Assembly: GCA_016182425.1 (NCBI GenBank)
Contig: JACPGP010000014.1
Coordinates: 26,846 to 90,845, forward strand
DNA length: 64,000 nucleotides
Direction of reading: 5' to 3'
Source: Candidatus Levyibacteriota bacterium
Lineage (GTDB): Bacteria; Patescibacteriota; Microgenomatia; Levybacterales; UBA12049
Shown here: piece after piece, positions 46,820 through 54,702 of the stretch
Layout: each line of letters opens with the position of its first letter
Numbering within the stretch: the first letter of the stretch is position 1
Notes under the pieces: generated by a model
The model's database searches: none
Told to the model about the DNA's origin: nothing
What the model saw: only the letters and a program-made list of their open reading frames with translations
Made by a program: the position numbers and the translations under genes

Positions 46820-47898
46820 GCAAAGGGTGGTTTTTTACGGTTGACTGGATGCTTCTTATTCCGGCGCTTATTCTGGTAATATTTGGTCTTGCCACGCTGC
46901 TGTCCATTAGCGCTTCGTACTTTTTTGGCCAGCTTTTATATATTGTGTTTTCTCTCTTTGTGTTTTTTGTTTTTTCCCATGCGCATTACCTGGTTATTAA
47001 GCTTTATGCTGTCCCAATTTATTTGGTAGCATTAATCGCACTTGTGTTGGTTTTAGTGTTGGGTTTTGAAAGCAGGGGAGCCGTCCGTTGGTTCGACATT
47101 GCGGGGTTTCGCATACAATTCTCCGAAGTTTTTAAGCCGTTTTTGATTATCTCTCTTTCATCTTTTTTGGCAAGCGGAAAAAATACTTCGTTTAGTCTTT
47201 TTTCTTTTACTCTTTTTCTTTTGTTTCCAATTGTGTTGCTTGTATTTTTACAGCCCGATTTAGGAAGTTCTCTTATCTATTTTTTTGTGGTGGTTGCGAC
47301 CATGTTGGTTTTTGGGTTTCCTCTGCGATGGTTTGTTGGTTTTTTCTTTTTTCTTTCCCCCTTTTTACCAATTGCCTGGCAATTTTTGCACGACTATCAG
47401 AGACAGCGAATTTTTGCGTTTTTAAGTCCTGGCAGTGATCCCCTTGGGTTGTCATATAATGCAATTCAGGCACTTATCGCAGTTGGTTCTGGATTACTAT
47501 TTGGCAAGGGATTGGGGCAGGGTACGCAGTCGGTACTTCGTTTTTTGCCAGAACGCCATACGGATTTTATTTTTGCGACAATCAACGAGAGCTTTGGTTT
47601 TGTGGGGGGTATGATAGTACTTGCATCGTTTACATTTTTGCTTTACAGAATTTTTATCCTTTCTCGGCTTATGGACGATACATTTCGAAAATTGTTTTGC
47701 GTTGGCTCGTTTTTTTTATTCCTGATCCAGTTTTTTGTTAATGTCGGTATGAATATTGGATTGACACCTGTAGTTGGTGTGACCCTGCCTTTTGTTTCGT
47801 ACGGGGGTAGTTCGATTCTGTCAAGTTTTATTCTTCTTGGACTTTTATCAAGCTTTAGTTTTCACATCAAACAGCAAGAAGTTCTGGAAATTCGCTAG
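46816..47898 (+). CDS. rodA: SEDS-family protein RodA
   Basis: LQPDLGSS, RHTDFIFA, GVTLPFVSYGGSS. Confidence 0.85.
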   Translation: MSKGWFFTVDWMLLIPALILVIFGLATLLSISASYFFGQLLYIVFSLFVFFVFSHAHYLVIKLYAVPIYLVALIALVLVLVLGFESRGAVRWFDIAGFRIQFSEVFKPFLIISLSSFLASGKNTSFSLFSFTLFLLFPIVLLVFLQPDLGSSLIYFFVVVATMLVFGFPLRWFVGFFFFLSPFLPIAWQFLHDYQRQRIFAFLSPGSDPLGLSYNAIQALIAVGSGLLFGKGLGQGTQSVLRFLPERHTDFIFATINESFGFVGGMIVLASFTFLLYRIFILSRLMDDTFRKLFCVGSFFLFLIQFFVNVGMNIGLTPVVGVTLPFVSYGGSSILSSFILLGLLSSFSFHIKQQEVLEIR

Positions 47899-47904
47899 TA
47901 GGTT

Positions 47905-47913
47905 TGTTATAAT
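47905..47913 (+). promoter_or_regulatory. extended -10 element (TGtTATAAT) ahead of rplU
   Basis: tgttataat lies 12 nt before the ATG at 47926. No SD is visible. Confidence 0.4.
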
Positions 47914-47925
47914 ATCTTTTTATCT

Positions 47926-48258
47926 ATGAAATACGCGGTTATTGAATCCGGGGGAAAGCAGTATAAGGTAAACGAGGGAGACATTTTGGAGGTCGATAGA
48001 CTTACAGATGGCGAAAAAAGCGATGTCATTTTTGATCGGGTGCTTCTGACAAGATTAGATGACCAAGTTAATGTTGGTACTCCATTACTTAAAAATGTAA
48101 AAGTAAAAGGTAAGGTTTTGGCTCTTGCAAAAAGAGAAAAGATAAACGTTTCTAAATTTAAGGCAAAAGCCCGCTACCGCCGTACAACGGGATTTAGAGC
48201 TTCAATCACAAAGGTTCAGATAACAGAAATTGTCGAATCCGGTGTCTCAAAAAATTGA
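47926..48258 (+). CDS. rplU: 50S ribosomal protein L21
   Basis: MKYAVIESGGKQYKVNEGD. Confidence 0.9.
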   Translation: MKYAVIESGGKQYKVNEGDILEVDRLTDGEKSDVIFDRVLLTRLDDQVNVGTPLLKNVKVKGKVLALAKREKINVSKFKAKARYRRTTGFRASITKVQITEIVESGVSKN

Positions 48259-48273
48259 TCCATTTTGATCCTC

Positions 48274-48302
48274 TTGACTTGCGTGAAAATTATCAGTAAA
48301 AT
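48274..48302 (+). promoter_or_regulatory. sigma70-like promoter ahead of rpmA
   Basis: TTGACT, a 17-nt spacer, then TAAAAT. Confidence 0.5.
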
Positions 48303-48323
48303 ACACTAAACTTTTCACGAGAT

Positions 48324-48575
48324 ATGGCGCATACCAAAGCACAAGGTTCAGTAAAAGGAAACAGGGATTCAATAGCCAAGCGGTTGGGCGTTAAGCTTTT
48401 TGGTGGACAAAAAGCAAAGAGTGGCAATATTCTTATTCGTCAGAAGGGATCAAAGTTTTTTGCAGGCAATGGTGTTTCTATGGGAAAGGACTTTACACTT
48501 TTTGCCACAATACCAGGAATTGTCCATTTTAAGACAATGCAAGGGAAAAAATTTGTCGAGATACAAAGCACGTAA
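48324..48575 (+). CDS. rpmA: 50S ribosomal protein L27
   Basis: [24 protein letters not shown]. Confidence 0.9.
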   Translation: MAHTKAQGSVKGNRDSIAKRLGVKLFGGQKAKSGNILIRQKGSKFFAGNGVSMGKDFTLFATIPGIVHFKTMQGKKFVEIQST

Positions 48576-48584
48576 TTTTAACAT

Positions 48585-49406
48585 ATGGAAAATAACGAGA
48601 GAATATTTGAGCTGGAAATAATGGTTCTTCAGCCCAATCCCCTGCAGCCTCGAGGCTTAATCTCTCCGGAGTCGCTGACAGAACTGGTAGATTCGATTAG
48701 AGAACAAGGTATTTTGGAACCATTGGTAGTGGCAAAAACCCCGGCTGGATACCAAATTATCGCGGGTGAACGACGGCTTCGCGCGGCCAAAATTGCGGGG
48801 CTTACAAAAGTGCCGGTTGTGGTGGTAGAGACAACGCCCCAGGGAATGCTGGAGATGTCTATTGTAGAGAATGTACAGCGGGAAGACCTAAATCCGATAG
48901 AACGCGCGCTGGCGTACAGGAGGCTAATTGATGAGTTTGGTCTTGGGACAAACGAGGTTGCAAAACGAGTTGGCAAGAGCGCGCCCACGGTTTCTAATAC
49001 CATTCGCCTTTTGTCCTTGCCTGATGCAATAAAAGACGCGTTGATCGCAGGGGTAATTACCGAAGGTCATGTGAGACCGCTTATTTCCCTTGGTGATTCA
49101 ATGCTGATGCTTGATTTGTTCAAAAGGATCCTAAAAGAAAATAGTACTGTTAGGCAGACAGAGGAAATTGCCAGACAGATAAAAGGCGAGGTGCAAAAGA
49201 AAGAAGCTAGAACCGAAAAAGATAAACTATGGGTGCCGGAGCTGGACGAAATGGCAAATGAAATTAAAGAGAAACTTGACTTTGACTCGGTAACCGTTTT
49301 TCAGTCGCGAAGTCAGGCTAGAGTTGTGATGGTTGTTCGAGGAGACATTGATATGACAACACCAAAATTAAAAAAACTTAAAGATCTGTTATTGCTATCT
49401 TCTTAA
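48585..49406 (+). CDS. parB: ParB/Spo0J chromosome partitioning protein
   Basis: IIAGERRLRAAKIAGL arginine patch; HTH TNEVAKRVGKSAPTVSNTIRLL. Confidence 0.85.
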   Translation: MENNERIFELEIMVLQPNPLQPRGLISPESLTELVDSIREQGILEPLVVAKTPAGYQIIAGERRLRAAKIAGLTKVPVVVVETTPQGMLEMSIVENVQREDLNPIERALAYRRLIDEFGLGTNEVAKRVGKSAPTVSNTIRLLSLPDAIKDALIAGVITEGHVRPLISLGDSMLMLDLFKRILKENSTVRQTEEIARQIKGEVQKKEARTEKDKLWVPELDEMANEIKEKLDFDSVTVFQSRSQARVVMVVRGDIDMTTPKLKKLKDLLLLSS

Positions 49407-49984
49407 TCAAAAGGATTTTTAATCAATCTCATATTTTCAAGCGGCAAGTAGACGAAAAAAGATTTACCGATAATTTCACTGTCTTTTACAAATCCCCATT
49501 CTCTTGAATCAGAACTGGCTGTTCTGTTGTCTCCCATCACCAGGTAGGATCCTGGTGGAACAGTTACCGGTTCTCCTTCTTTGAGAAATCCGCCGCCGTA
49601 TGTTTTGACCTCTGTTTTTAGGTACTTGCTCTCATCAATTTTTTTCCCTTCTACAAAGACAGTTTCCTCTTTAATAAATACGGTATCGCCGGGCAGCCCG
49701 ATTATTCTTTTGATAAAATCTTTTTTAAATTCACTGTTTTCTTGATTGGGTGCTTGAAAGACGACAACATCCCCTTTTTTGAGCTTCTCAAAACGGAGGG
49801 AAATAACACTGGTTAAAACATATTCTTTGTCTTCGAAGTTTGGGAGCATTGATCCTCCCGAAACCTGGTAAGGCCTAACAAGGAAGATATAGGTGATTAG
49901 AAAAAGTGATGCCGCCAAAATGAGTGTTTGCGCGGCATCAACGATGTAGGAGAAGATTTTTTGAAGAATAACCATATAATACAA
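49403..49984 (-). CDS. lepB: signal peptidase I
   Basis: SGGSMLPNF (catalytic Ser box), KRIIGLPGD, GDNRTASSDSR. Confidence 0.9.
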   Translation of the reverse strand: MYYMVILQKIFSYIVDAAQTLILAASLFLITYIFLVRPYQVSGGSMLPNFEDKEYVLTSVISLRFEKLKKGDVVVFQAPNQENSEFKKDFIKRIIGLPGDTVFIKEETVFVEGKKIDESKYLKTEVKTYGGGFLKEGEPVTVPPGSYLVMGDNRTASSDSREWGFVKDSEIIGKSFFVYLPLENMRLIKNPFD

Positions 49985-50010
49985 TCTATTTTTGCAGATA
50001 TGAGTTTACT

Positions 50011-50039
50011 TTGTCAATCAGAAAAAAATATGCTAAGAT
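50011..50039 (+). promoter_or_regulatory. sigma70-like promoter of the tRNA locus
   Basis: TTGTCA (50011-16), a 17-nt spacer, then TAAGAT (50034-39). It lies 14 nt before the outer tRNA 5' end. Confidence 0.55.
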
Positions 50040-50076
50040 GCAGAAAAGAGTTTGGGCGCATAGCTCAGTTGGTAGA

Positions 50077-50179
50077 CCCGCCTGCACTGGCCGATTGGCT
50101 CAGTTGGTTAGAGCGCTTCATTCACATTGAAGAGGTCGGAGGTTCGAATCCTCCATCGGCCACAGTTACGGCGGGCAGG
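50077..50179 (+). other. 103-nt insertion in the outer tRNA: GC clamp CCCGCC...GGCGGG flanking the inner tRNA
   Basis: CCCGCC (50077-82) is complementary to GGCGGG (50170-75), and ACT (50086-88) to AGT (50164-66). The 3' flank is shared with ileS 46341-46378. Confidence 0.8.
50089..50162 (+). tRNA. tRNA-Val(CAC), intact, nested in the insertion
   Basis: GGCCGAT/ATCGGCC acceptor, GCTC-AGTTGGTTA-GAGC D-arm, CTTCA-TTCACAT-TGAAG anticodon arm, AGGTC variable loop, GGAGG-TTCGAAT-CCTCC T-arm, A73. No CCA is encoded. Confidence 0.9.
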
Positions 50180-50235
50180 GCGTTGCATTCACATTGCAAA
50201 GGTCCCAAGTTCAAATCTTGGTGCGCCCACAAATT

Positions 50236-50868
50236 TTATTGCTTGTGAACCACTAAAAGCATACCTTTTTTTAGAAAAATTTCTGCCTTGTTTTCTATGA
50301 GCATATTGCTGATGCCGCGGGTGGTACCAAAGGAAAGCGTTGCGTTTGATAATTTATACGCAAGATTTTTGGTTGTGAGGCCATGAGAGTTAATAATTGG
50401 AATAATTGATACTGTGTCACCTTTTTTGCCAGTTAGTTCAATTTTCTTATGTACAATATACATATTTTGATTGCCTTCGATAATTCGTATATTGGTTTTG
50501 GAAAATTGCTTTTGAGAGAGCATAAGGATTGTTGCGAGCATGTGGTCAATGCGCGTTCCAAGCATACCAGTAATAACAATATCGCTGCAGCCATGTTTTA
50601 CTGCGTATAAAAGTGCTAGTTCTGCATCGGTATTATCTTTTTTTGTTGGAAAGGAGATAAACTTTACATGTTTTTTCTCAAGTGTTTTTTTTAGTTGGGC
50701 AGAAATGGAATCCATATCACCAAGAATAACGTGCGGAGTAATGCCCAAATTAATTGCGTGTTTTACACCGCCATCACAGCCGATGACAAGGGTTTGATCA
50801 TCAATAACATTTTTGATACGTGATACGTCTGTTCGATCGCCATTAAGAAAAATAATTGCTTTTTTCAT
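50236..50868 (-). CDS. thiN: thiamine pyrophosphokinase
   Basis: IIFLNGD, VIGCDGG, ILGDMDSI. The ATG at 50868 (ATGA overlap with the upstream stop) is preferred. Confidence 0.75.
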   Translation of the reverse strand: MKKAIIFLNGDRTDVSRIKNVIDDQTLVIGCDGGVKHAINLGITPHVILGDMDSISAQLKKTLEKKHVKFISFPTKKDNTDAELALLYAVKHGCSDIVITGMLGTRIDHMLATILMLSQKQFSKTNIRIIEGNQNMYIVHKKIELTGKKGDTVSIIPIINSHGLTTKNLAYKLSNATLSFGTTRGISNMLIENKAEIFLKKGMLLVVHKQ

Positions 50869-51566
50869 GATTCGATCCATGTTTTGACTAGTGCTGCAAT
50901 GTTTTTCCATCGTTTACCAAGTAAAGCGCCGACATGGCTTACCCCGCTAAACTGAAAATAATCAGCGTTATAATGCAATGCAATTTTTCTGCTTACCTCG
51001 GGTTTAATATCAACGTCATTTGCTCCAGCAATTACCAAAACTTTTGTTTGAATTTTTTTCCTGTCTATTGGCAAGCCGCTTCGCAGCTCTTTTATAACTT
51101 TTCCCGATTCATCTCGCCACTTCTTATGCGCAAGGAGTATTGTTTTTTTATCTGCCTCTGGCATACAGGCGATCGTATCTTGGAGGGTGGACTCGGTGCT
51201 CCATCTTATGACATCTGGCACATACTTGTATTTTTTAGTGGGCCAAGGGGGAACGCTGTTTACCAGTACAATTCCAGCTACAGGCGCAATTTCCCCAATT
51301 TTTTGCGCCAGAAATCCACCCATGCTTGCCCCAATAATATATGGTTTTTGAGATAGTTTGTCGACTAAATTTTGTAATTGTTCGACGTAATCAAAAATAC
51401 CAACATCGGCTAATTGTTTGTTGTTAACTGTCAATGTTGGATTGTAAACAGAGTATCCAAAAAAAACAAAATATTTTTTCCAGTATGCCCATTCCCATCC
51501 GCCGCCACCGGCTCCGTGTATAAAAATAATTGGCGGTTTTTTAAGAGTATTTATTTTCTGTGCCAT
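50865..51566 (-). CDS. alpha/beta hydrolase in the thiamine operon
   Basis: IFIHGAGGGGWEW and the nucleophile elbow GASMGG. Confidence 0.65.
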   Translation of the reverse strand: MAQKINTLKKPPIIFIHGAGGGGWEWAYWKKYFVFFGYSVYNPTLTVNNKQLADVGIFDYVEQLQNLVDKLSQKPYIIGASMGGFLAQKIGEIAPVAGIVLVNSVPPWPTKKYKYVPDVIRWSTESTLQDTIACMPEADKKTILLAHKKWRDESGKVIKELRSGLPIDRKKIQTKVLVIAGANDVDIKPEVSRKIALHYNADYFQFSGVSHVGALLGKRWKNIAALVKTWIES

Positions 51567-52306
51567 GGTAAAAGCAGTTTTTCGACAATACTGACAATGG
51601 CAAAAAGCAGAAGGCTTAAAAAAGTTGTCACAAAAATGGTGGCAAAAACCAGAGAAATGGCATAGGCATTGGCAGCAGTCTGAATAAAAACACCCAAACC
51701 CTTTTCAGCGCCAACATATTCTCCAACCATTGCTCCGGTAATACTGTACGTTACGGCAATTTTAAGACCTGAAAAAAATGCAGGAAGTGCGGAGGGAAAT
51801 TTAAGCAATCGCATGGTATCTATGTAAGACGCTCTCATACTCCTAAAAAGCTTCAGAAGCTCTGGATCAATGCGGGAAAATCCATCAGACATGGCAATGG
51901 CGATTGGGAAATAGCAAAAAAGCGTTACTACAACCACTTTTGACCAAATGTCAAATCCAAGCCAGATAAGAAGCAGTGGCGCTAGGGCGATAATGGGGAT
52001 GGTTTGTGAGGTTACCAAAAGTGGGTACAGTGTACGTCGGATAAAAATGGATGTATCGAGTAACACTGCGGTGCCAATGCCAATAACAATTGCCACAACA
52101 ATGCCAATAATAGTTTCTAGTATTGTTTGCTGTATGTGAGGAAGAAAAATTTGCCAGTTTCGTAAAAACGCCTGCAGGATATTAGAAGGGGAAGGAAGAA
52201 TTTGATTACTGACATGTGTCGCAGAAACAAATAATTCCCATAGTAAAAGTAGGGCGATAAAAAGGACAAAGGCAGGACCAATGGTACTAATAGTTTTTAG
52301 ATTCAT
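51551..52306 (-). CDS. ABC transporter permease (NitT/TauT family, ThiX-like)
   Basis: Six TM, and an EAA-like loop (MRASYIDTMRLLKFPSALP). Confidence 0.75.
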   Translation of the reverse strand: MNLKTISTIGPAFVLFIALLLLWELFVSATHVSNQILPSPSNILQAFLRNWQIFLPHIQQTILETIIGIVVAIVIGIGTAVLLDTSIFIRRTLYPLLVTSQTIPIIALAPLLLIWLGFDIWSKVVVVTLFCYFPIAIAMSDGFSRIDPELLKLFRSMRASYIDTMRLLKFPSALPAFFSGLKIAVTYSITGAMVGEYVGAEKGLGVFIQTAANAYAISLVFATIFVTTFLSLLLFAIVSIVEKLLLPWHRK

Positions 52307-52307
52307 A

Positions 52308-53036
52308 TCATTGTATGCTCAGTAGTAAGCGTTCTAAAGATTCTTCAATGGCAATTACTTTTTTATCTTTTAGAAACTCGCGTTTTCGCGGTCTGGATAG
52401 ATCAATATTTACTTCTTTTATAATAGTCGCAGGGCTACTACTTAACACATAGATTCTGTCAGAAAGAAGAATTGCTTCCCAAATATCATGCGTGACAAAT
52501 AACACACTCGATTTATATGTTTGCCATAAGTTAAGAAGCCACATTTGCATGGAAAGGCGAGTTAGCGCATCAAGCGCCCCAAATGGTTCATCCATAAGGA
52601 GAAATTGATTATTAAACAGGACAGTTCGTAAAAGTGCCACCCGTTGCGCCATGCCACCCGATAGTGTATGGGGGTAATAGTTGGCATACTCAGACAGCTT
52701 GAATTTTTTAAGCATATCATATGCAAGTTGGCGTGCCTTTTTTTCTGAAACTTGTCGCAAAGTGAGCCCTAGCATGACGTTTTCCAGCGTTGTTTTCCAG
52801 GGCAAGAGTAAGGGTTTTTGCAGCATGTAGCCTGGGATTTTATCAATGTGTACTGTTCCTGCAGTTTCTTTTTCTAAACCCGCAATAATATTAAGTATTG
52901 TTGTTTTTCCGCAACCACTTGGTCCGATAATGCTGACAAATTCTCCTTGATTAATATATAGGGACAGAGAAGAAAAAACTGCCTTTTTGTCAAACGTTTT
53001 TGACAGGTTTTGGATAACAAGTTTTGGGTGGCCCAT
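52308..53036 (-). CDS. ABC transporter ATP-binding protein (ThiZ-like)
   Basis: Walker A GPSGCGKTT, signature LSGGMAQR, Walker B LLMDEP. Confidence 0.9.
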   Translation of the reverse strand: MGHPKLVIQNLSKTFDKKAVFSSLSLYINQGEFVSIIGPSGCGKTTILNIIAGLEKETAGTVHIDKIPGYMLQKPLLLPWKTTLENVMLGLTLRQVSEKKARQLAYDMLKKFKLSEYANYYPHTLSGGMAQRVALLRTVLFNNQFLLMDEPFGALDALTRLSMQMWLLNLWQTYKSSVLFVTHDIWEAILLSDRIYVLSSSPATIIKEVNIDLSRPRKREFLKDKKVIAIEESLERLLLSIQ

Positions 53037-53047
53037 GAGGTATTACA

Positions 53048-54085
53048 TTATTGAATAAATTGGTTTGTATACAAACTTTTGTAATCAAGCGTTGTCACTG
53101 CCGAACCTGATGCATCTTTAATTTGACCGGTAGACAGAATGAATTTTGGAAAATCGGTCCATGCTTTTTCGTCTTGCACACCCCAGGGTTTGCCAGGGTC
53201 GCTGTAACGAGGACTTAAGTATTTTTGACTGTCAATGACAAACGCGGGGTCGTCAAATGTGCCCTTTTGCACGCTGTCAATAAGAATTTTGGCCGATTCT
53301 TCGGGGTTTTTTATAGCAAAGTTATATCCTTTGGCAGTCGCTTTGATGAACCTTCTTAAAACTTCAGACTTTTCTTTTATCTGTGTAGGCCCAGAGATAA
53401 AGACCGGTGTGTAGTAGTCGGGAATGCCGTATTGCACAAGAGAGAGTGAGACAAGTTTTACTCCCTGCCGCTTTGCTTGCACACCGGTCCAGCCGTCAAA
53501 AATCCAGGCGAAATCAATTTTTTTGGTTTCCAGCGCTTTAATACCGTCTATATCCAAAAGTACTGTTTTAAAATCCCCTTTTCCGCCGTTTTTCTTAATC
53601 ATCTCCGAAATGACCGCGTTTTCAAACGGAGCGCCAAATCCGCCATATATTTTTCCATCTAAATCTTTGGGAGTTTTTATACCATAATTTTCAAGTGCCA
53701 CAAGAGAAGATGTATTGTGAGCAATAATTGCCGCAATCGAAACAACTTTATTTCCTGCTGCAACTGAAGATACAACGCCTTCTGTGTAGGAAATACCAAT
53801 ATCTGCTTTTTTTGTGGACACCAGTACTTCTGGAGAGACATTTCCGGAATATGGCAAAATTTTTACTTCAATTCCTTCGTTTTTGTAGTACCCTTTTTTT
53901 TGCGCCACATAGATACCTGTATGATTGGTGTTTGGCGTATAGTCTGGGGCAAGTGTTACCGTTGTTAGCTTTGGTGCTTCTGCTTCTGGTTTTGCAGGTT
54001 TTTTATTTTGTAACAAAAATAATCCTACCAAGCCAAGAAGAACAATAAGTGTTGCAAAAATGTATTTTATAGGTAGTTTTTTCAT
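53048..54085 (-). CDS. ABC substrate-binding protein, NMT1/THI5-like (ThiY-like pyrimidine/thiamine binder)
   Basis: N-terminal anchor, SsuA/NMT1-like fold pattern, directly downstream of the TPP riboswitch. Confidence 0.65.
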   Translation of the reverse strand: MKKLPIKYIFATLIVLLGLVGLFLLQNKKPAKPEAEAPKLTTVTLAPDYTPNTNHTGIYVAQKKGYYKNEGIEVKILPYSGNVSPEVLVSTKKADIGISYTEGVVSSVAAGNKVVSIAAIIAHNTSSLVALENYGIKTPKDLDGKIYGGFGAPFENAVISEMIKKNGGKGDFKTVLLDIDGIKALETKKIDFAWIFDGWTGVQAKRQGVKLVSLSLVQYGIPDYYTPVFISGPTQIKEKSEVLRRFIKATAKGYNFAIKNPEESAKILIDSVQKGTFDDPAFVIDSQKYLSPRYSDPGKPWGVQDEKAWTDFPKFILSTGQIKDASGSAVTTLDYKSLYTNQFIQ

Positions 54086-54184
54086 TTCCTACGCCGGTAT
54101 TACCCGAACAGGTTCAATGGGTCGTCGCCTTTTAGCGAACCTCTCAGCCTTCCCGATTAAGTCGGGATTCAAGCTCCCCACAAG
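54086..54184 (-). promoter_or_regulatory. TPP (THI-box) riboswitch
   Basis: The minus-strand RNA reads ...GGGGAGC...CUGAGAGG...ACCCAUUGAACCUGUUCGGGUAAUACCGGCGUAGGAA, then AUG. The CUGAGA, ACCC..GAACCUG and UAAUACC.GCGUAGGAA blocks are all present. Confidence 0.9.
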
Positions 54185-54224
54185 GAGTTTATCATAAACT
54201 GATAGAAACGCAAGGACCTATAGT

Positions 54225-54253
54225 TTGATTTTCTTTTCAAAAAATGATATACT
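54225..54253 (+). promoter_or_regulatory. sigma70-like promoter of the orphan three-gene cassette
   Basis: TTGATT, a 17-nt spacer, then TATACT. The ATG at 54264 is 10 nt after the -10 element. Confidence 0.45.
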
Positions 54254-54263
54254 TTTTCCTATT

Positions 54264-54698
54264 ATGCAAAATCCCGAACGAGAACGTTATTATGCAGAAA
54301 TAGATCAGAGAATGGGTAATATGGTGAGAAATGTTGCTTCTCGATATAAGCTTCCTGATGCTGTTTTAGTTTTAACTCGATTTCAAGAAGAGGTATGGAT
54401 TCAGGGTATGCGCGTTGCGTATCTGGATGAGAGGACAATAATGACACAGTCACTTGGATTTCGTCTTAATGCAGGAGAGCATTTGGAAATGTTGTCATTT
54501 GTAGACATGTTTTCTAATTTTTCGTTAGTCTGTGATCAGGAGTTTGTCCATGCACTAAGAGGGGATGTCATTACCTTTTTGGATGATTTGGGAAGTGGGC
54601 ATTATAGATTAAAGAGATTACAAAAAGAGGCGTTGGATGTATATGTTCCAAGTGCGCGTTCAGCTTCTTGGTCTGATGTAGAGTTACCGGGGCCTTAA
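54264..54698 (+). CDS. hypothetical soluble protein (orphan 1)
   Basis: Long ORF with no motif recognised. The ATG at 54264 is preferred to the TTG at 54225, which overlaps the -35 element. Confidence 0.55.
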   Translation: MQNPERERYYAEIDQRMGNMVRNVASRYKLPDAVLVLTRFQEEVWIQGMRVAYLDERTIMTQSLGFRLNAGEHLEMLSFVDMFSNFSLVCDQEFVHALRGDVITFLDDLGSGHYRLKRLQKEALDVYVPSARSASWSDVELPGP

Positions 54699-54702
54699 TT
54701 TT

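Larger units (their letters stand above)
50054..50229 (+). tRNA. tRNA-Val(CAC), interrupted between D-stem nt 23/24 by a 103-nt insertion (50077-50179)
   Basis: Joining 50054-50076 to 50180-50229 gives a perfect 73-nt cloverleaf: GGGCGCA/TGCGCCC acceptor, GCTC/GAGC D-stem, TTGCA-TTCACAT-TGCAA anticodon arm, CCAAG-TTCAAAT-CTTGG T-arm, A73. Confidence 0.75.

Noticed and set aside
48646-48657. Perfect 12-bp palindrome agcctcgaggct in parB, considered as a possible parS or element
   Set aside because: It encodes the conserved ParB N-terminal LQPRG motif and does not resemble the TGTTNCACGTGAAACA parS consensus.
50077-50179. Interpretation of the tRNA insertion as a group I/II intron or an archaeal-type BHB intron
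   Set aside because: 103 nt is far below self-splicing intron size. The junctions form a three-way junction with a 4-nt CAGG bulge rather than a 3-4-3 bulge-helix-bulge.
50054-50229. Alternative fold of the outer gene as a class II tRNA, with CCCGCC/GGCGGG as the anticodon stem and TTGCA..TGCAA as the variable arm
   Set aside because: It gives a mismatched D-stem, no U33 and no sensible anticodon loop. Simply deleting 50077-50179 yields a perfect canonical cloverleaf instead.
49928-50248. 106-aa ORF in the track covering the tRNA locus
   Set aside because: It is fully explained by the two tRNA cloverleaves and their promoter. There is no coding signal, so it is spurious.
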